A stretch of 64,000 bases of DNA from an uncultured Gemmatimonadales bacterium. GTDB taxonomy: Bacteria; Gemmatimonadota; Gemmatimonadetes; Longimicrobiales; RSA9. The stretch covers positions 4,384,001 through 4,448,000 of the forward strand of contig OY970192.1 of NCBI GenBank assembly GCA_963708135.1, given 5' to 3'. The stretch's first letter is position 1, and every line of letters begins with the position of its first letter. This document shows positions 41,631 to 51,925 of this stretch, in pieces. The notes under the pieces were generated by a model, which saw only the letters and a list, made by a program, of their open reading frames with translations, had not been told where the DNA came from and did no database searches. A program made the position numbers and the translations under genes.

Positions 41631-44039
41631 ATGGACACGTTCCTGAACGACCTGCGCTACGCCCTGCGCAAGTTGCTGCGCACGCCGGGCTTCACCATCG
41701 TCGCCGTGCTCACGCTCGGGCTCGGGATCGGCGCCAACAGCGCCATCTTCAGCCTGGTCGACGCCGTGCTGCTGCGTCCGCTGCCGTATCCCGCGCCCGA
41801 GCGGCTGATGCGCCTGGACGCGCTGGTGCATGGACACCCGGCGCCGTTCTCGGGACCGAACTTCCTGGATTTCCGCGCGCAGAACCGCGTCTTCACGGAT
41901 ATGGCGGCATGGGATCCGGAGACGACGACGCTCACCGGCGCGGGCGAGCCCGAGCGGCTCCAGGCGACGGACGTGAGCGCGGGCTTCTTCGGCATCCTGG
42001 GCGTCCAGCCGGCGCTCGGGCGGACGTTCCGCCCTGGCGACAATGAGCCGGGCCATACCGCCGTCGTGGTGTTGAGCGATGGGCTGTGGCGGCAGCGCTT
42101 CGGCGCGGACCCCGGCATCCTGGGCCGCGCCATCTCGCTGGACGGCGCGCCGGCGCAGGTGGTCGGCGTGATGCCCGCCGGCTTCGCGTTCCCCCGCGAG
42201 GCGGTGCTGTGGCGGCCACTCGAGTACAACGCGATGTTCAGGGACCCGGGCAACCGGCGGGCGCTCTGGCTGCGCGTGATCGCGCGCCTCAGGCCCGGCG
42301 TCACGCCGGCGCGCGCGCAGTCCGACGTGGCCGCCATCGCGGGGCGGCTCCAGAAGGACTACCCGGACCTGGCGGGCAACATCGGGGCGAGCGCGACGCC
42401 GCTGGCCGAATCGATGGTCGGCGATCTGCGCACGCCGCTCCTGCTGCTGCTCGGCGCCGTCGGGCTGGTGCTCCTGATCGCGTGCGCCAACGTGGCCAGC
42501 CTGCTGCTCGCCCGCGCCTCGGCGCGCGCGACGGAGCTCGCGGTGCGCTCGGCGCTGGGCGCCGGGCGGCGTCGCCTGGTGCGGCAGCTGCTCACTGAGA
42601 GCGCGGTGCTCGCCCTGCTCGGCGGCGGCTTCGGCCTGCTCCTCGGCGCCTGGGGCGCGGCGCTGCTCGTACGCCTCGGGCCGGGCGGCATTCCCCGCCT
42701 CGAGGGCGTCGGCGTGAATGGAGGCGTCATCCTCTTTACCGCCGTGGTGGCCCTCGTCACCGCCCTGGTGTTCGGCGCCGTGCCCGCCTGGCAGGCCACC
42801 CGTGTCGAGCTCACGGAATCGCTGAAGGAGGGCGCCCGCGGCGGAGGCGCCCGCCGCTCGACGGGCCGGCTGCGGGCCGGGCTCGTCGTGGCGGAGCTTG
42901 CCCTGGCCGTGATGCTGCTCTCGGGCGCCGGCCTGCTGCTCAGGAGCTTCGCCCGCCTGCAGGCCGTGGACCCCGGGTTCCGCGCGGACCACACCGTCGC
43001 CTTCGACCTCGGGCTCCCCGACACGCGCTACGGCGAGCCCGAGCGCGTGGCGGAGTTCTACCGGACGCTGCTCGAGCGGCTCTCCGCGCTGCCCGGCGTG
43101 CAGGAGACGGGCGCCGTGTCCGCGCTGCCGCTCACGGGCTTCCGCATGCGTCTCTCCTTCGACGTGAAGGGGCGGGCGCCCGCGCCGGCCTCCGAGAAGC
43201 CGGCCCTGGACGTCATCGCGGCCACGCCCGGCTACCTGCGGGCGCTGCGCATCCCCGTGCTGCGCGGCCGGTCCTTCACGTCCGAGGACCGCGCCGGCGC
43301 GCGGCCCGTCGTGCTGCTGAACGAGGAGGCGGTCCGCCGCTACTTCCCGGGCGAGGATCCCATCGGCCAGGTGGTCCAGCTGGGCTGGCCCCGCTCTCCG
43401 GCCGGCGAGGTAGTCGGCATCGTGAGGGATGTCCGGGAGGAGGGGCTCACCGCCGCCGCCGAGCCCCAGATCTACCTGCCTCAGGCGCAGGTCCCGTTCG
43501 CGAGCATGAGCGTCGTCGTGCGCACCACGGGCGACCCCGCCCGCGTGGCCAGCCTGGTGCGCCGCGAGGTCCACGCCCTCGATCCCGATCTTGCCGTGGA
43601 CCACCTCCGCACCGTCCGCGAGGTGGTCGATCGCTCCATCGCCGAGCCCCGCTTGTATGCGACGCTGCTCGCCCTCTTCGCCGCCGTCGCGCTCACGCTC
43701 GCCGCCGTGGGCATCTTCGGCGTCATGGCCTACACGGTCGCGCAGCGCCGCCGCGAGCTCGGCATCCGCCTGGCGCTCGGCGCCCGGCCCGGCGGCGTGC
43801 TGCGCCTCGTCGTCGGCCAGGCCGCGGTGCTCGTGGCCGTCGGCATCGCCCTCGGGCTCCTCGGCACGCTCGCGCTGTCGCGCGTGCTCGCCGGGCTCCT
43901 CTTCGGCGTGAGCGCCACCGATCCCGCCACCCTCGCGGCCGTGGCCGTCGGCCTCGGCGCGGTCGCCCTCCTTGCCAGCTGGCTGCCCGCGCGCGCGGCC
44001 ACCCGCATCGCGCCGTCGGAGGCGCTCCGGCTCGAGTGA
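41631..44039 (+). CDS. ADOP-type duplicated ABC permease (MacB/FtsX-like)
   Basis: DLRYALRKL..PGF, GANSAIFS, LLIACANVA, ELAVRSALGAGR, ELGIRLALGA, ALRLE. Confidence 0.92.
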   Translation: MDTFLNDLRYALRKLLRTPGFTIVAVLTLGLGIGANSAIFSLVDAVLLRPLPYPAPERLMRLDALVHGHPAPFSGPNFLDFRAQNRVFTDMAAWDPETTTLTGAGEPERLQATDVSAGFFGILGVQPALGRTFRPGDNEPGHTAVVVLSDGLWRQRFGADPGILGRAISLDGAPAQVVGVMPAGFAFPREAVLWRPLEYNAMFRDPGNRRALWLRVIARLRPGVTPARAQSDVAAIAGRLQKDYPDLAGNIGASATPLAESMVGDLRTPLLLLLGAVGLVLLIACANVASLLLARASARATELAVRSALGAGRRRLVRQLLTESAVLALLGGGFGLLLGAWGAALLVRLGPGGIPRLEGVGVNGGVILFTAVVALVTALVFGAVPAWQATRVELTESLKEGARGGGARRSTGRLRAGLVVAELALAVMLLSGAGLLLRSFARLQAVDPGFRADHTVAFDLGLPDTRYGEPERVAEFYRTLLERLSALPGVQETGAVSALPLTGFRMRLSFDVKGRAPAPASEKPALDVIAATPGYLRALRIPVLRGRSFTSEDRAGARPVVLLNEEAVRRYFPGEDPIGQVVQLGWPRSPAGEVVGIVRDVREEGLTAAAEPQIYLPQAQVPFASMSVVVRTTGDPARVASLVRREVHALDPDLAVDHLRTVREVVDRSIAEPRLYATLLALFAAVALTLAAVGIFGVMAYTVAQRRRELGIRLALGARPGGVLRLVVGQAAVLVAVGIALGLLGTLALSRVLAGLLFGVSATDPATLAAVAVGLGAVALLASWLPARAATRIAPSEALRLE

Positions 44040-44079
44040 GGTCGTTTTCACTCCGGCCCGCGCGGTGCTAGCTTCCCGC

Positions 44080-44787
44080 GTGCAAGAGAACCGACCGTCC
44101 ACGAGCGCCTCCGCGCGTGACGCTTCGCCGGGCCACGGCCCGCCGGCGGAGCGCGGCGGCCCACGGGGCGCGGCGCCCGAGCGCAGCATCCCCTTCGAGG
44201 GCGAGCGCCTCTCCCGCCACGAGCGGCTCCGCGGCCTGAACGATGTCGTCGGGGCGCTGCTCGTGCTCGAGGCCGGCGCCTCCTCGCTCCTCTCGAAGCC
44301 GGTGCTGCCGACCGCGCTCGCCTGGGCGAACGTCGCCCTCGGCGCGGGCGCCGCGGCGGCACTCGGCTGGGAGGCGCGCGCCGGGCGCCGCCTCGGCGGC
44401 CGGCTGAGCGTGATCGCCGTCCTCTCCAGCGCCCTGCTGCTCCTGGACGGCTTCGAGCAGGCCATCCAGGGCCACCGTCCCGGGTTCCTCTACATGATCG
44501 CCGCCGGCGTCGTCTACGTGGTGGCGCGGCGGGGCGAGGAGCATGGCCACAGGCGCCGGATCACGCTCAGCAGCGAGGGCATGGCGGTCCGCTTCAGCCG
44601 CCTGCGCCGCTACACGATCCCGATGGAGGAGGTCGAGCGCCTGCGCATCTCGGCGCGCGCCGTCGCCATCGAGACGCGCCGCGGCCGCACCCGCACGGTC
44701 CGGCGCGCCGTCCTGCCGGACTGGGAGGCGGCGGTCGCGGAGTTCGAGGCGTGGGCCGCCGAGCAGGGCGTGCCGGTGGTGCGGTGA
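44080..44787 (+). CDS. Hypothetical membrane protein (four TM plus soluble C-terminal domain)
   Basis: Hydrophobic segments; stop overlaps the next start (GTGA); TAGCTT 5 nt before GTG 44080. Confidence 0.65.
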   Translation: MQENRPSTSASARDASPGHGPPAERGGPRGAAPERSIPFEGERLSRHERLRGLNDVVGALLVLEAGASSLLSKPVLPTALAWANVALGAGAAAALGWEARAGRRLGGRLSVIAVLSSALLLLDGFEQAIQGHRPGFLYMIAAGVVYVVARRGEEHGHRRRITLSSEGMAVRFSRLRRYTIPMEEVERLRISARAVAIETRRGRTRTVRRAVLPDWEAAVAEFEAWAAEQGVPVVR

Positions 44788-46007
44788 GGGCGCCGCTGCG
44801 CATCGACGCCCGCGCCGCGCGCGCCGTGCTCATCGCCGCCCAGGGCCTCGATCGGCGGCCCCGCCGGCGCGCCCGGAAGGCGGACGTGCTGGCCGCGATC
44901 CGGCGCATGGGCGCGCTCCAGATCGACACCATCCACGTCGTCGCCCGTAGCCCCTACCTCGTGCTCTGGAGCCGCCTCGGCGAGTACGAGCCCGGCTGGC
45001 TCGACGAGCTCCTGGAGGAGGGCGCGCTCTTCGAGTACTGGGCCCACGAGGCGTGCTTCCTCCCGATCGAGGACTACGCGCTCTTCCGCCACGACATGCT
45101 CGAGCCCGAGAAGATGGGCTGGAAGTACCGGCCGGAGTGGGTCGCCCGCCACCCGCAGCAGGTGGCGGAGGTGCTCGAGCACGTGCGCCGCGAGGGCGCC
45201 GTGCGCTCCGCCGAGTTCGCGCGCTCGGACGGGAAGTCCGGGGCCTGGTGGGGCTGGAAGCCCGAGAAGCGAGCCCTCGAGGCGCTCTTCACCGCGGGAG
45301 AGCTGATGGTGGCGCGCCGCCACAACTTCCAGCGGGTCTACGATCTCCGCGAGCGTGTGCTGCCCGGCTGGGACGACGCCGCCCTGCCGTCGCGGCAGGC
45401 CGTTGCGCGCTCGCTCGCGCTCAAGGCCGTGCGCGCACTCGGCGTCGCCACGGCGCGCTGGGTCGGCGACTACTTCCGGCGCGACCGTCGGCCCACCGCA
45501 GCCCTCGTCCAACGACTCGCCCGGGAAGGCGAGCTGCTCCGCGTCGAGGTGGACGGCTGGAGCGAGCCCGGCTTCGCCCACCCCGAGAACCGCCAGATCG
45601 TCGAGGCCGCCGCCGATCGCGCCCTGCGACCCCGCCTGACCACGCTCCTGTCGCCCTTCGACCCCATCGTCTGGGACCGTGACCGCGCCGCCGCGCTCTT
45701 CGGCTTCGACTATCGCCTCGAGTGCTACACCCCCGCGCCCAAGCGCCGCTACGGCTACTTCTCGCTGCCGATCCTGCGGCGGGGTGCGCTCGTCGGGCGG
45801 CTGGACGCGAAGGCGCACCGCCGCACGGGTGTCTTCGAGGTGAAGCAGCTGCACCTCGAGCCCGGGGCGCGCGTCAGCGACCGCCTGCTCGCCGACCTCG
45901 CCGGCGCCATTCGCGCCTGCGCCGCGTGGCACCGCACGCCGGCGCTCGACGTGCGGCGCACCGCCCCGCCTACCCTCCGCCTGCCGCTGGTCCGGCTGCT
46001 CGCCTGA
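44784..46007 (+). CDS. ycaQ: YcaQ/AlkZ-family (HTH_42) crosslink-repair DNA glycosylase
   Basis: LQIDTIHVVARS (QxD motif), FEYWAHEAC, LLSPFDP, YRLECYTPAPKRRYGY. Confidence 0.88.
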   Translation: MRAPLRIDARAARAVLIAAQGLDRRPRRRARKADVLAAIRRMGALQIDTIHVVARSPYLVLWSRLGEYEPGWLDELLEEGALFEYWAHEACFLPIEDYALFRHDMLEPEKMGWKYRPEWVARHPQQVAEVLEHVRREGAVRSAEFARSDGKSGAWWGWKPEKRALEALFTAGELMVARRHNFQRVYDLRERVLPGWDDAALPSRQAVARSLALKAVRALGVATARWVGDYFRRDRRPTAALVQRLAREGELLRVEVDGWSEPGFAHPENRQIVEAAADRALRPRLTTLLSPFDPIVWDRDRAAALFGFDYRLECYTPAPKRRYGYFSLPILRRGALVGRLDAKAHRRTGVFEVKQLHLEPGARVSDRLLADLAGAIRACAAWHRTPALDVRRTAPPTLRLPLVRLLA

Positions 46008-46133
46008 TCGCCCGGCCTCCACCTCGCGCCCGGGCCGGCTCCCTCGCCCGCTCCGGCCCCGAATGGTATCGTAAGCGCCGCATTCCCCGCGGGCCGGACC
46101 TTCCGCCCGCGGCGAGCCGCCTGGAAGGGGGGC

Positions 46134-47213
46134 ATGCCGAAGCGCCCGACCGTTCGAGAATCGAGGTTCCTCCGGGCCACGTCCCGGATCCGCGCCACCC
46201 TCGCGGAGCCGGTGCGGCAGCTCCAGCTGTCCGCGGTGTTCCTGCTGATCCTCGTGCTCGTCGGCACGTCGGGCTACATCATCCTTGAGCGGATGACGCC
46301 GCTCGACGCGCTCTACATGACCGTGATCACCCTGACCACGGTCGGCTTCTCGGAGGTGGCGCCGCTCGATGCGGCGGGCAAGATCTTCACGATCTTCCTG
46401 CTCCTCATCGGCGTCGCCGCGGCGGCATGGGCGGTCAGCAATCTGATCGAGATGGTGGTCGGCAGGGCGTTCTGGCTCTCGGTTCAGCGGCGGAGGATGA
46501 GGCACATGGTGAGCACGCTTCGAGGCCACTACATCGTGTGCGGCTACGGCCGGCTGGGCCGCCAGATCGTGCGCGACCTGCGCGCCCGCGGCGAGCCGTT
46601 CATCATCATCGAGATGAACGCCGATCTCGAGCACGAGCTGCTCGAGACCCAGCTGCCGCACCTGATCCGCGACGCCACGCAGGAGGAGGCTCTGCTCGAG
46701 GCCGGCATCGAGAGAGCGCGCGGCCTCGTCGCCGCGCTCGACTCCGATGCCAACAACGTGCTCACCGTGCTCACGGCCCGCGAGCTCAAGTCCGGGCTGC
46801 TCATCGTCTCGCGCGCCAACGTCGAGGCCGTCGAGAGCAAGCTGCGCCGGGCCGGCGCCGACCGCGTCATCACCCCTGAGTCCATCGGCGGGCACCGCCT
46901 CGCCCTGGCCCTCCTGCGCCCCGCCGTGGACGACTTCTTCGGCCGCGTCTTCACCCTGGGCGTGGAGCCGGACGTCGACGTCGGGCAGATCATGGTGCCC
47001 GGCGATTCTCCCTTCGCCGGCCAGACCCTGGCCGACTGCGACCTGCGCCGCATGCGCAACGTCTCGATCCTCGCCATCCGCGCGCCCAGCGGCGAGTTCG
47101 ACCTGACGCCCGCGCCGCAGCGCGTCATCGCCGCCGGCGAGACGCTCATCGTGATCGGCCCCGCCGAAGCCATCTACGAGCTCGAGGCGATGTACAGCAC
47201 GGAGGGGGAATAG
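46134..47213 (+). CDS. Potassium channel protein with RCK/TrkA-N and TrkA-C domains
   Basis: Pore TLTTVGF, IVCGYGRLG NAD-binding motif, C-terminal RCK_C. Confidence 0.9.
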   Translation: MPKRPTVRESRFLRATSRIRATLAEPVRQLQLSAVFLLILVLVGTSGYIILERMTPLDALYMTVITLTTVGFSEVAPLDAAGKIFTIFLLLIGVAAAAWAVSNLIEMVVGRAFWLSVQRRRMRHMVSTLRGHYIVCGYGRLGRQIVRDLRARGEPFIIIEMNADLEHELLETQLPHLIRDATQEEALLEAGIERARGLVAALDSDANNVLTVLTARELKSGLLIVSRANVEAVESKLRRAGADRVITPESIGGHRLALALLRPAVDDFFGRVFTLGVEPDVDVGQIMVPGDSPFAGQTLADCDLRRMRNVSILAIRAPSGEFDLTPAPQRVIAAGETLIVIGPAEAIYELEAMYSTEGE

Positions 47214-47271
47214 CTGCAGTGGAGCGGCTCTGCCGCCCGCAGATCCGACCCTCGGACCGGCCCCGGGCCGC

Positions 47272-48300
47272 CTACCCGGCGACGATCACATCCTCTACCG
47301 GTCGCCGCGGCGTATGCGGCGTCGGCTTGCCGCGGCCGAGCCGCAGGATGAGCTGCGGCTGGCCCTCGAGCCCCAGCGTCTCCCGCAGCCGCCGGCGCAG
47401 GTCCGGCACCTGGATCGGCTGGTTCAGGTAGGAGGCCCAAACGTCGTCCGCGGCCGCCCGGAGCAGCACCCGCCCTAGCGCCTGGCCGGCCGCCATCCAC
47501 GCCCGTGGCGAATCGAAGTCCGTCGAGATCACCACCAGCGCCGGTGCCCGCTCGGCCATGCGGCGGTCGCGCGCGCTCATGAGCCAGCCGGTGTCGAAGT
47601 CCTTCACGATCGCCGCGCCGATCGGAGCCACGAAGTCCGGCACCCCGAACGCCGCGCCCGGCATCCCGTCCTGCGCATCGGGTCCCGTGTGCAGCCACGA
47701 CGCCAGCTCCACGCGGAACGCCGAGTTGCCGAGCAGCAACCGGTCGCCTTCCGCGATGAGGTCGGCGATCTGCTCGCGAACCTCCTCACCCTCCACGAAG
47801 CGAAGCGACGCCTTCTCCTCGCGCCCCCCATCCTTCAGCGCCGCCACGAGCGCCGGCGGCAGCTTGCGCTCGCTCGAGGCGAGGCGGTTCGTGTGCCGCG
47901 CCGGGATCGCCGCGAACATCCACTCCTCCTCCGCCATCGGCTCGCGCGCCGCGCCCAGGTGCACCACGGCCAGCCGGTCCGGGTCATCCGCGTCCGGGCA
48001 TACCGACCAGTACGCCTCGTGCCCGAAGTGCCTGATCGCCAGCCGGAGGAAGAACAGCGCCGCGCCCGCCGAGATCACGAGCTCCCGGTTGTCGGGATCG
48101 ATCGCCGGCAGCTCCCGCGTGCGATCGGCCAGGATGATGATGGAGTCGCCTTCGATCTGGAACTGCCACGGCTGGGTGTTGTGCGTCGAAGGGGCGAGAA
48201 TCGCGTAGCGCAGCAGGAAGCGCAGCTTCTCGGACGCCGTGCCGTCCCGGGGATACTCCGACTCCGGGATCGTCCACGGATCGAGCAGGAGCTCAGGCAT
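47272..48300 (-). CDS. Acg-family FMN-binding nitroreductase-like protein
   Basis: LAPSTHNTQPW, ISAGAAL, RHTNR, AGQALGRVLL, QPIQ, PQLILRLG...TPRRP. Confidence 0.88.
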   Translation of the reverse strand: MPELLLDPWTIPESEYPRDGTASEKLRFLLRYAILAPSTHNTQPWQFQIEGDSIIILADRTRELPAIDPDNRELVISAGAALFFLRLAIRHFGHEAYWSVCPDADDPDRLAVVHLGAAREPMAEEEWMFAAIPARHTNRLASSERKLPPALVAALKDGGREEKASLRFVEGEEVREQIADLIAEGDRLLLGNSAFRVELASWLHTGPDAQDGMPGAAFGVPDFVAPIGAAIVKDFDTGWLMSARDRRMAERAPALVVISTDFDSPRAWMAAGQALGRVLLRAAADDVWASYLNQPIQVPDLRRRLRETLGLEGQPQLILRLGRGKPTPHTPRRPVEDVIVAG

Positions 48301-48601
48301 CGGACCCACCTTTCTGGTACCGGTCCCGCGGCGGCCTCGCCGCGTTCACCGGCACTCCAGGTGGACAACATCCGTGCCCCGTCCCCGCCGCCGGCGGCCT
48401 CGCCGGAAATCATACGTGCCCCAGTGGTTTTGGCGCGGCGCAGAGGCAGGGCGGGATCGTGGCGGCGGCCGGACATTTTGCCCGCCGGGTGCGCATCCTG
48501 GCGACAATTCGCGACCGCACGTCCATCCACGGCCCCCCGCCCGCTGCCGTTCCCGGAGGGCGCGCGCTCTCGGGGCCCGCGCGGCGCCTCCGATCACGAG
48601 G

Positions 48602-49117
48602 TCACGACCTGGGCGAGAGCATCATCACGAGCTGGCGCCCGTCCACCCGATCGCTGCGCGTATCGACCGTGGCGATCTCGTCCAGCTCGTCCACCAGGTG
48701 GTCCAGCACCCGCTGCCCCAGCTCCGGCCGGCGCAGCTCGCCGCGCCGGAACCGCACCGTTGCCTTCACCTTCTTGCCCTTGCTCAGGAAACGCTTCGCG
48801 TTCCGCAGCTTGAAGGCGAAGTCGTGGTCGTCCGTCTTCGGACGGAACTTGATCTCCTTCACGTCGATCGTGTGCTGCCGCCGCTTCGCTTCCTTCGCCC
48901 GCTTCTGCTGCTCGTACAGGAACTTGCCATAGTCCATGATGCGGACCACCGGCGGGCGCGCTCCCGGCGCCACCTCCACCAGGTCGAGGCCGGCGTCGGC
49001 CGCCGTGTCCTTCGCCTCGTCCAGTCCCACGATCCCAAGCTGCTCCCCGTCCGCCGCGATCAGGCGGACCGGACTGATGCGGATCTGTTCGTTCACCCTC
49101 GTGCGCGTGCGAGCTAT
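48602..49117 (-). CDS. infC: Translation initiation factor IF-3, non-AUG (ATA or ATC) start
   Basis: RVNEQI...VRLI, LDLVEV...PPVVRIMDYGKFLYE, KEIKFRP; GGAGGT RBS followed by GC-ATC-ATA. Confidence 0.92.
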   Translation of the reverse strand: MARTRTRVNEQIRISPVRLIAADGEQLGIVGLDEAKDTAADAGLDLVEVAPGARPPVVRIMDYGKFLYEQQKRAKEAKRRQHTIDVKEIKFRPKTDDHDFAFKLRNAKRFLSKGKKVKATVRFRRGELRRPELGQRVLDHLVDELDEIATVDTRSDRVDGRQLVMMLSPRS

Positions 49118-49429
49118 GATGCACCTCCGTGTGACGGTTCCATTCGGGGAGGCCACGGCCTCCCACCCTCTCGATTCGGCCTACCCCCGACTGCACGTTC
49201 GGCTCCATCGCACCCCCGGCGAGTCGCCAAACACCCCACCCGCGAGTTCTTGTCAGCGCCACGCGACATGGGTGCAAGTGATTGTGTCACAATGGGGTAC
49301 GTGCCCATGCGCGCAGCCCGGGCCAGGCGGAACGAGCGTTGCCTCCGCCGTATCTCCCGAACGCTCGTCCCAACCTGGCGGGCCGGTCATCGCCGGTCGC
49401 CTGTTCCGCTGGATGGCTGGAGGTGTCCG

Positions 49430-50365
49430 ATGTACCGCTCCATCCTGGTCCCCCTCGACGGCTCCGCCTTCGGGGAGCACGCGCTGCCGCTGGCCCTCGG
49501 GCTCGCGAGCCGCACGCAGGCCGAGCTGCACCTGGTCCACGTCCACACCCCGGTCGCGGGAGTGGAGTTCGAGGCGATCACGCCGTATCGGTTCGAGGGG
49601 ATGGGCGAGTACGACGAAGACCGCGAGACCGCGGGGGCGGAGAACCGCTACCTCGAGTCCCTGGCGGAGCGGCTCGCCCGGACGGGCGTGAACACGACGA
49701 CGGCGCTGATCTCCGGGCCGACCACCGCCGCGCTGCTCGCGCACTCCCGCTCGTGGCGGCCGGACCTGCTCGTCATGGCCACGCACGGCCGGGGGCCGGT
49801 GGACCGGGCGCGGTTCGGCAGCATCGCGGACCCGCTCGTGCGCCGCTCGACGGTGCCGGTGCTGCTCGTGCGCGGGCGCGACGGCCAGGGCGGGTCGCTG
49901 GAGGAGGCGCTCCACGTTCGCCGCGTGCTCGTCCCCCTCGACGGCTCGACGCTGGCCGAGGAGGTGCTGCCCCACGCCGTCGGCCTGGCCCACCTGCTCG
50001 GGGCGGAGCTCCTGCTGCTACGCGCCCTGATCCCCACGATGAGCCCGGCGCTGACCTTCTCCGGGACGGGAACGGACTTCACGCGCACGGCCGAGCGCGC
50101 GAGCGATGCCGAGGCGTACCTGGCCGACCTGGCCGACGAGCTCGCCACCGGCGGGATGAATGCCGCCGTGCGCGTCGAGGACGGGCCCGATGCGGCCGAC
50201 ACCATCGTGCGCGTCGCCGAGGAGGAGCCGGAGACCCTCATCGCCATGGCGACCCACGGCCGCAGCGGCTTCACGCGCATGATGCTCGGCAGCGTGACCG
50301 ACCGAGTCGTCCGCGCCGCCCAGACCCCCGTCTTCATCCGCCGCCCCACGCCGCCGGCGATGTGA
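49430..50365 (+). CDS. Tandem universal stress protein
   Basis: Two ILVPLDGS...MATHGR...GS repeats; GGAGGT RBS. Confidence 0.92.
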   Translation: MYRSILVPLDGSAFGEHALPLALGLASRTQAELHLVHVHTPVAGVEFEAITPYRFEGMGEYDEDRETAGAENRYLESLAERLARTGVNTTTALISGPTTAALLAHSRSWRPDLLVMATHGRGPVDRARFGSIADPLVRRSTVPVLLVRGRDGQGGSLEEALHVRRVLVPLDGSTLAEEVLPHAVGLAHLLGAELLLLRALIPTMSPALTFSGTGTDFTRTAERASDAEAYLADLADELATGGMNAAVRVEDGPDAADTIVRVAEEEPETLIAMATHGRSGFTRMMLGSVTDRVVRAAQTPVFIRRPTPPAM

Positions 50366-50497
50366 CCGATCGCCGACGCTCCAACGGCGGCGCCAGGGCG
50401 GGAGAGTGGGGGAGCGGGAGACGCGGCACCCCGCGCGGGGATGCTCGCGTTTCCGCCTCCCCTCACGCCCACCCGCAGTCTTCCGTCTGCCGGAGGC

Positions 50498-51241
50498 TCA
50501 CCCCGCCGCCGACGCTCCCGCTCCCGGCATGACCGCCGCCCGGATCATGCCCGGGATGGCGTAGATCAGCCAGGCGCCCGCGGCCACGGCTACGGCCCGG
50601 CCCTTCGTCGTCCGGCCGATGACGTAAACGCCGACGGCGAAGAGCACGGCCTGCCAGATGGCGAACAGGTCGAGGCGCGCGAGCAGCGGCACCAGCGCGG
50701 CCGGCACGGCGTCCTTGGGCATGAAGCGCATGATGCCGAAGGAGAAGTCGCGCACCACGTCGACCGCGCCGCCCTGGTTCGACTTCAGGATGATCAGCAC
50801 CGAGGCGATGATCTGCTGCAGGATGCCGACGTACGCGGCATAGACGGCGATGAGCACGCCCTGCCCGAAGCGCAGCGTGATGCCGGCGAGCCGTGAGAAG
50901 CCCCAGATGAGGAGGCCGGTGAACACGACGCTCACGCCGATCCCGATCGGCACGAACAGCCCGCCAAGCATCTGGAACGTGTGCATCGCGCCCGAGGACG
51001 GCGCCTGCGCGCCGGCCGGCAGCTGCGCGCGCATGGCGGACTCCATGACCGCCGTGTTGGCCGGCAGGAACACGTAGTACAGCACGATCGAGATCACGAC
51101 GAGGATGATGAAGGGCGTCAACCAGCTCTCCTCGGCCCTGCGGGCGAACAGCTGGCCGGGCGAAAGGAACACGTCCACCAGGTCCTCCCAGCGCGCGGCG
51201 CGCCGCGGCTGCGTCTCCGACTGCGTCGTGGTCGTCTCCAT
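50498..51241 (-). CDS. Yip1-family membrane protein
   Basis: VFLSP..LF...W..P start, about 5 TM helices, DLFAIW motif. Confidence 0.75.
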   Translation of the reverse strand: METTTTQSETQPRRAARWEDLVDVFLSPGQLFARRAEESWLTPFIILVVISIVLYYVFLPANTAVMESAMRAQLPAGAQAPSSGAMHTFQMLGGLFVPIGIGVSVVFTGLLIWGFSRLAGITLRFGQGVLIAVYAAYVGILQQIIASVLIILKSNQGGAVDVVRDFSFGIMRFMPKDAVPAALVPLLARLDLFAIWQAVLFAVGVYVIGRTTKGRAVAVAAGAWLIYAIPGMIRAAVMPGAGASAAG

Positions 51242-51406
51242 GAGGTCGGCTACCGGTTGGCGGGGGAGCGATGAGCGGCCGCGCAGTGGCGCACGGTCCT
51301 CAGGTCATGTATTAATGCGATGTTCGCGCGCATGCAACGGCCCTGCGGAACGGTTCCTGCCATTCCGGGCCGGGGCCGGTCTGCAGACAGGCATCGGGAG
51401 AGGATC

Positions 51407-51772
51407 ATGAGTGCGGAGATGCTCGAGCGGGATGACCTCACGGTCTACGTGATCGCCGGGGTGCCCCGTTCGTTCAAGCGCAAGCTCAAGGAGTACGTGA
51501 AGAACGAGGCCAAGGGCGAGAGCGACGTGATGCAGCTCGATGGCGAAATGCAGGAGTGGCTGCTCGCCCGGCTGCGCGACGAGAAGCGCGCGCGCTCCGA
51601 TCGCACGCCCGCATCCAGCGCCCTGTGGCGCGCCTACAGCGCCCTCAGTGCCGCCCGCTTCCACCTGGCCGACCACTCCGAGGAGGAGGAGAAGGTGCGC
51701 GAGCTCCGCCGCAAGGTCGAGGACCTGTGGCGCGAGGTGAGCCCGATGTTCGAGGACGAGACCGCCGCCTGA
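51407..51772 (+). CDS. Hypothetical protein
   Basis: GAGAGGA RBS, GC3-rich codons, charged helical sequence. Confidence 0.75.
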   Translation: MSAEMLERDDLTVYVIAGVPRSFKRKLKEYVKNEAKGESDVMQLDGEMQEWLLARLRDEKRARSDRTPASSALWRAYSALSAARFHLADHSEEEEKVRELRRKVEDLWREVSPMFEDETAA

Positions 51773-51925
51773 CCCGCGGGGCGGAGCCCCCTTCCGTCCG
51801 CCTCGCCCGGTTTTTCCGTCCTCCCGTCTGGAAGGGTTGTGCCGCAGCCCCGAGCACGCCACTTTTCCAGCGCCGCCGACCGTGCGGCGGCCCCCTTCCA
51901 AGCCGCTCCACCAGGAGACCCCGAG

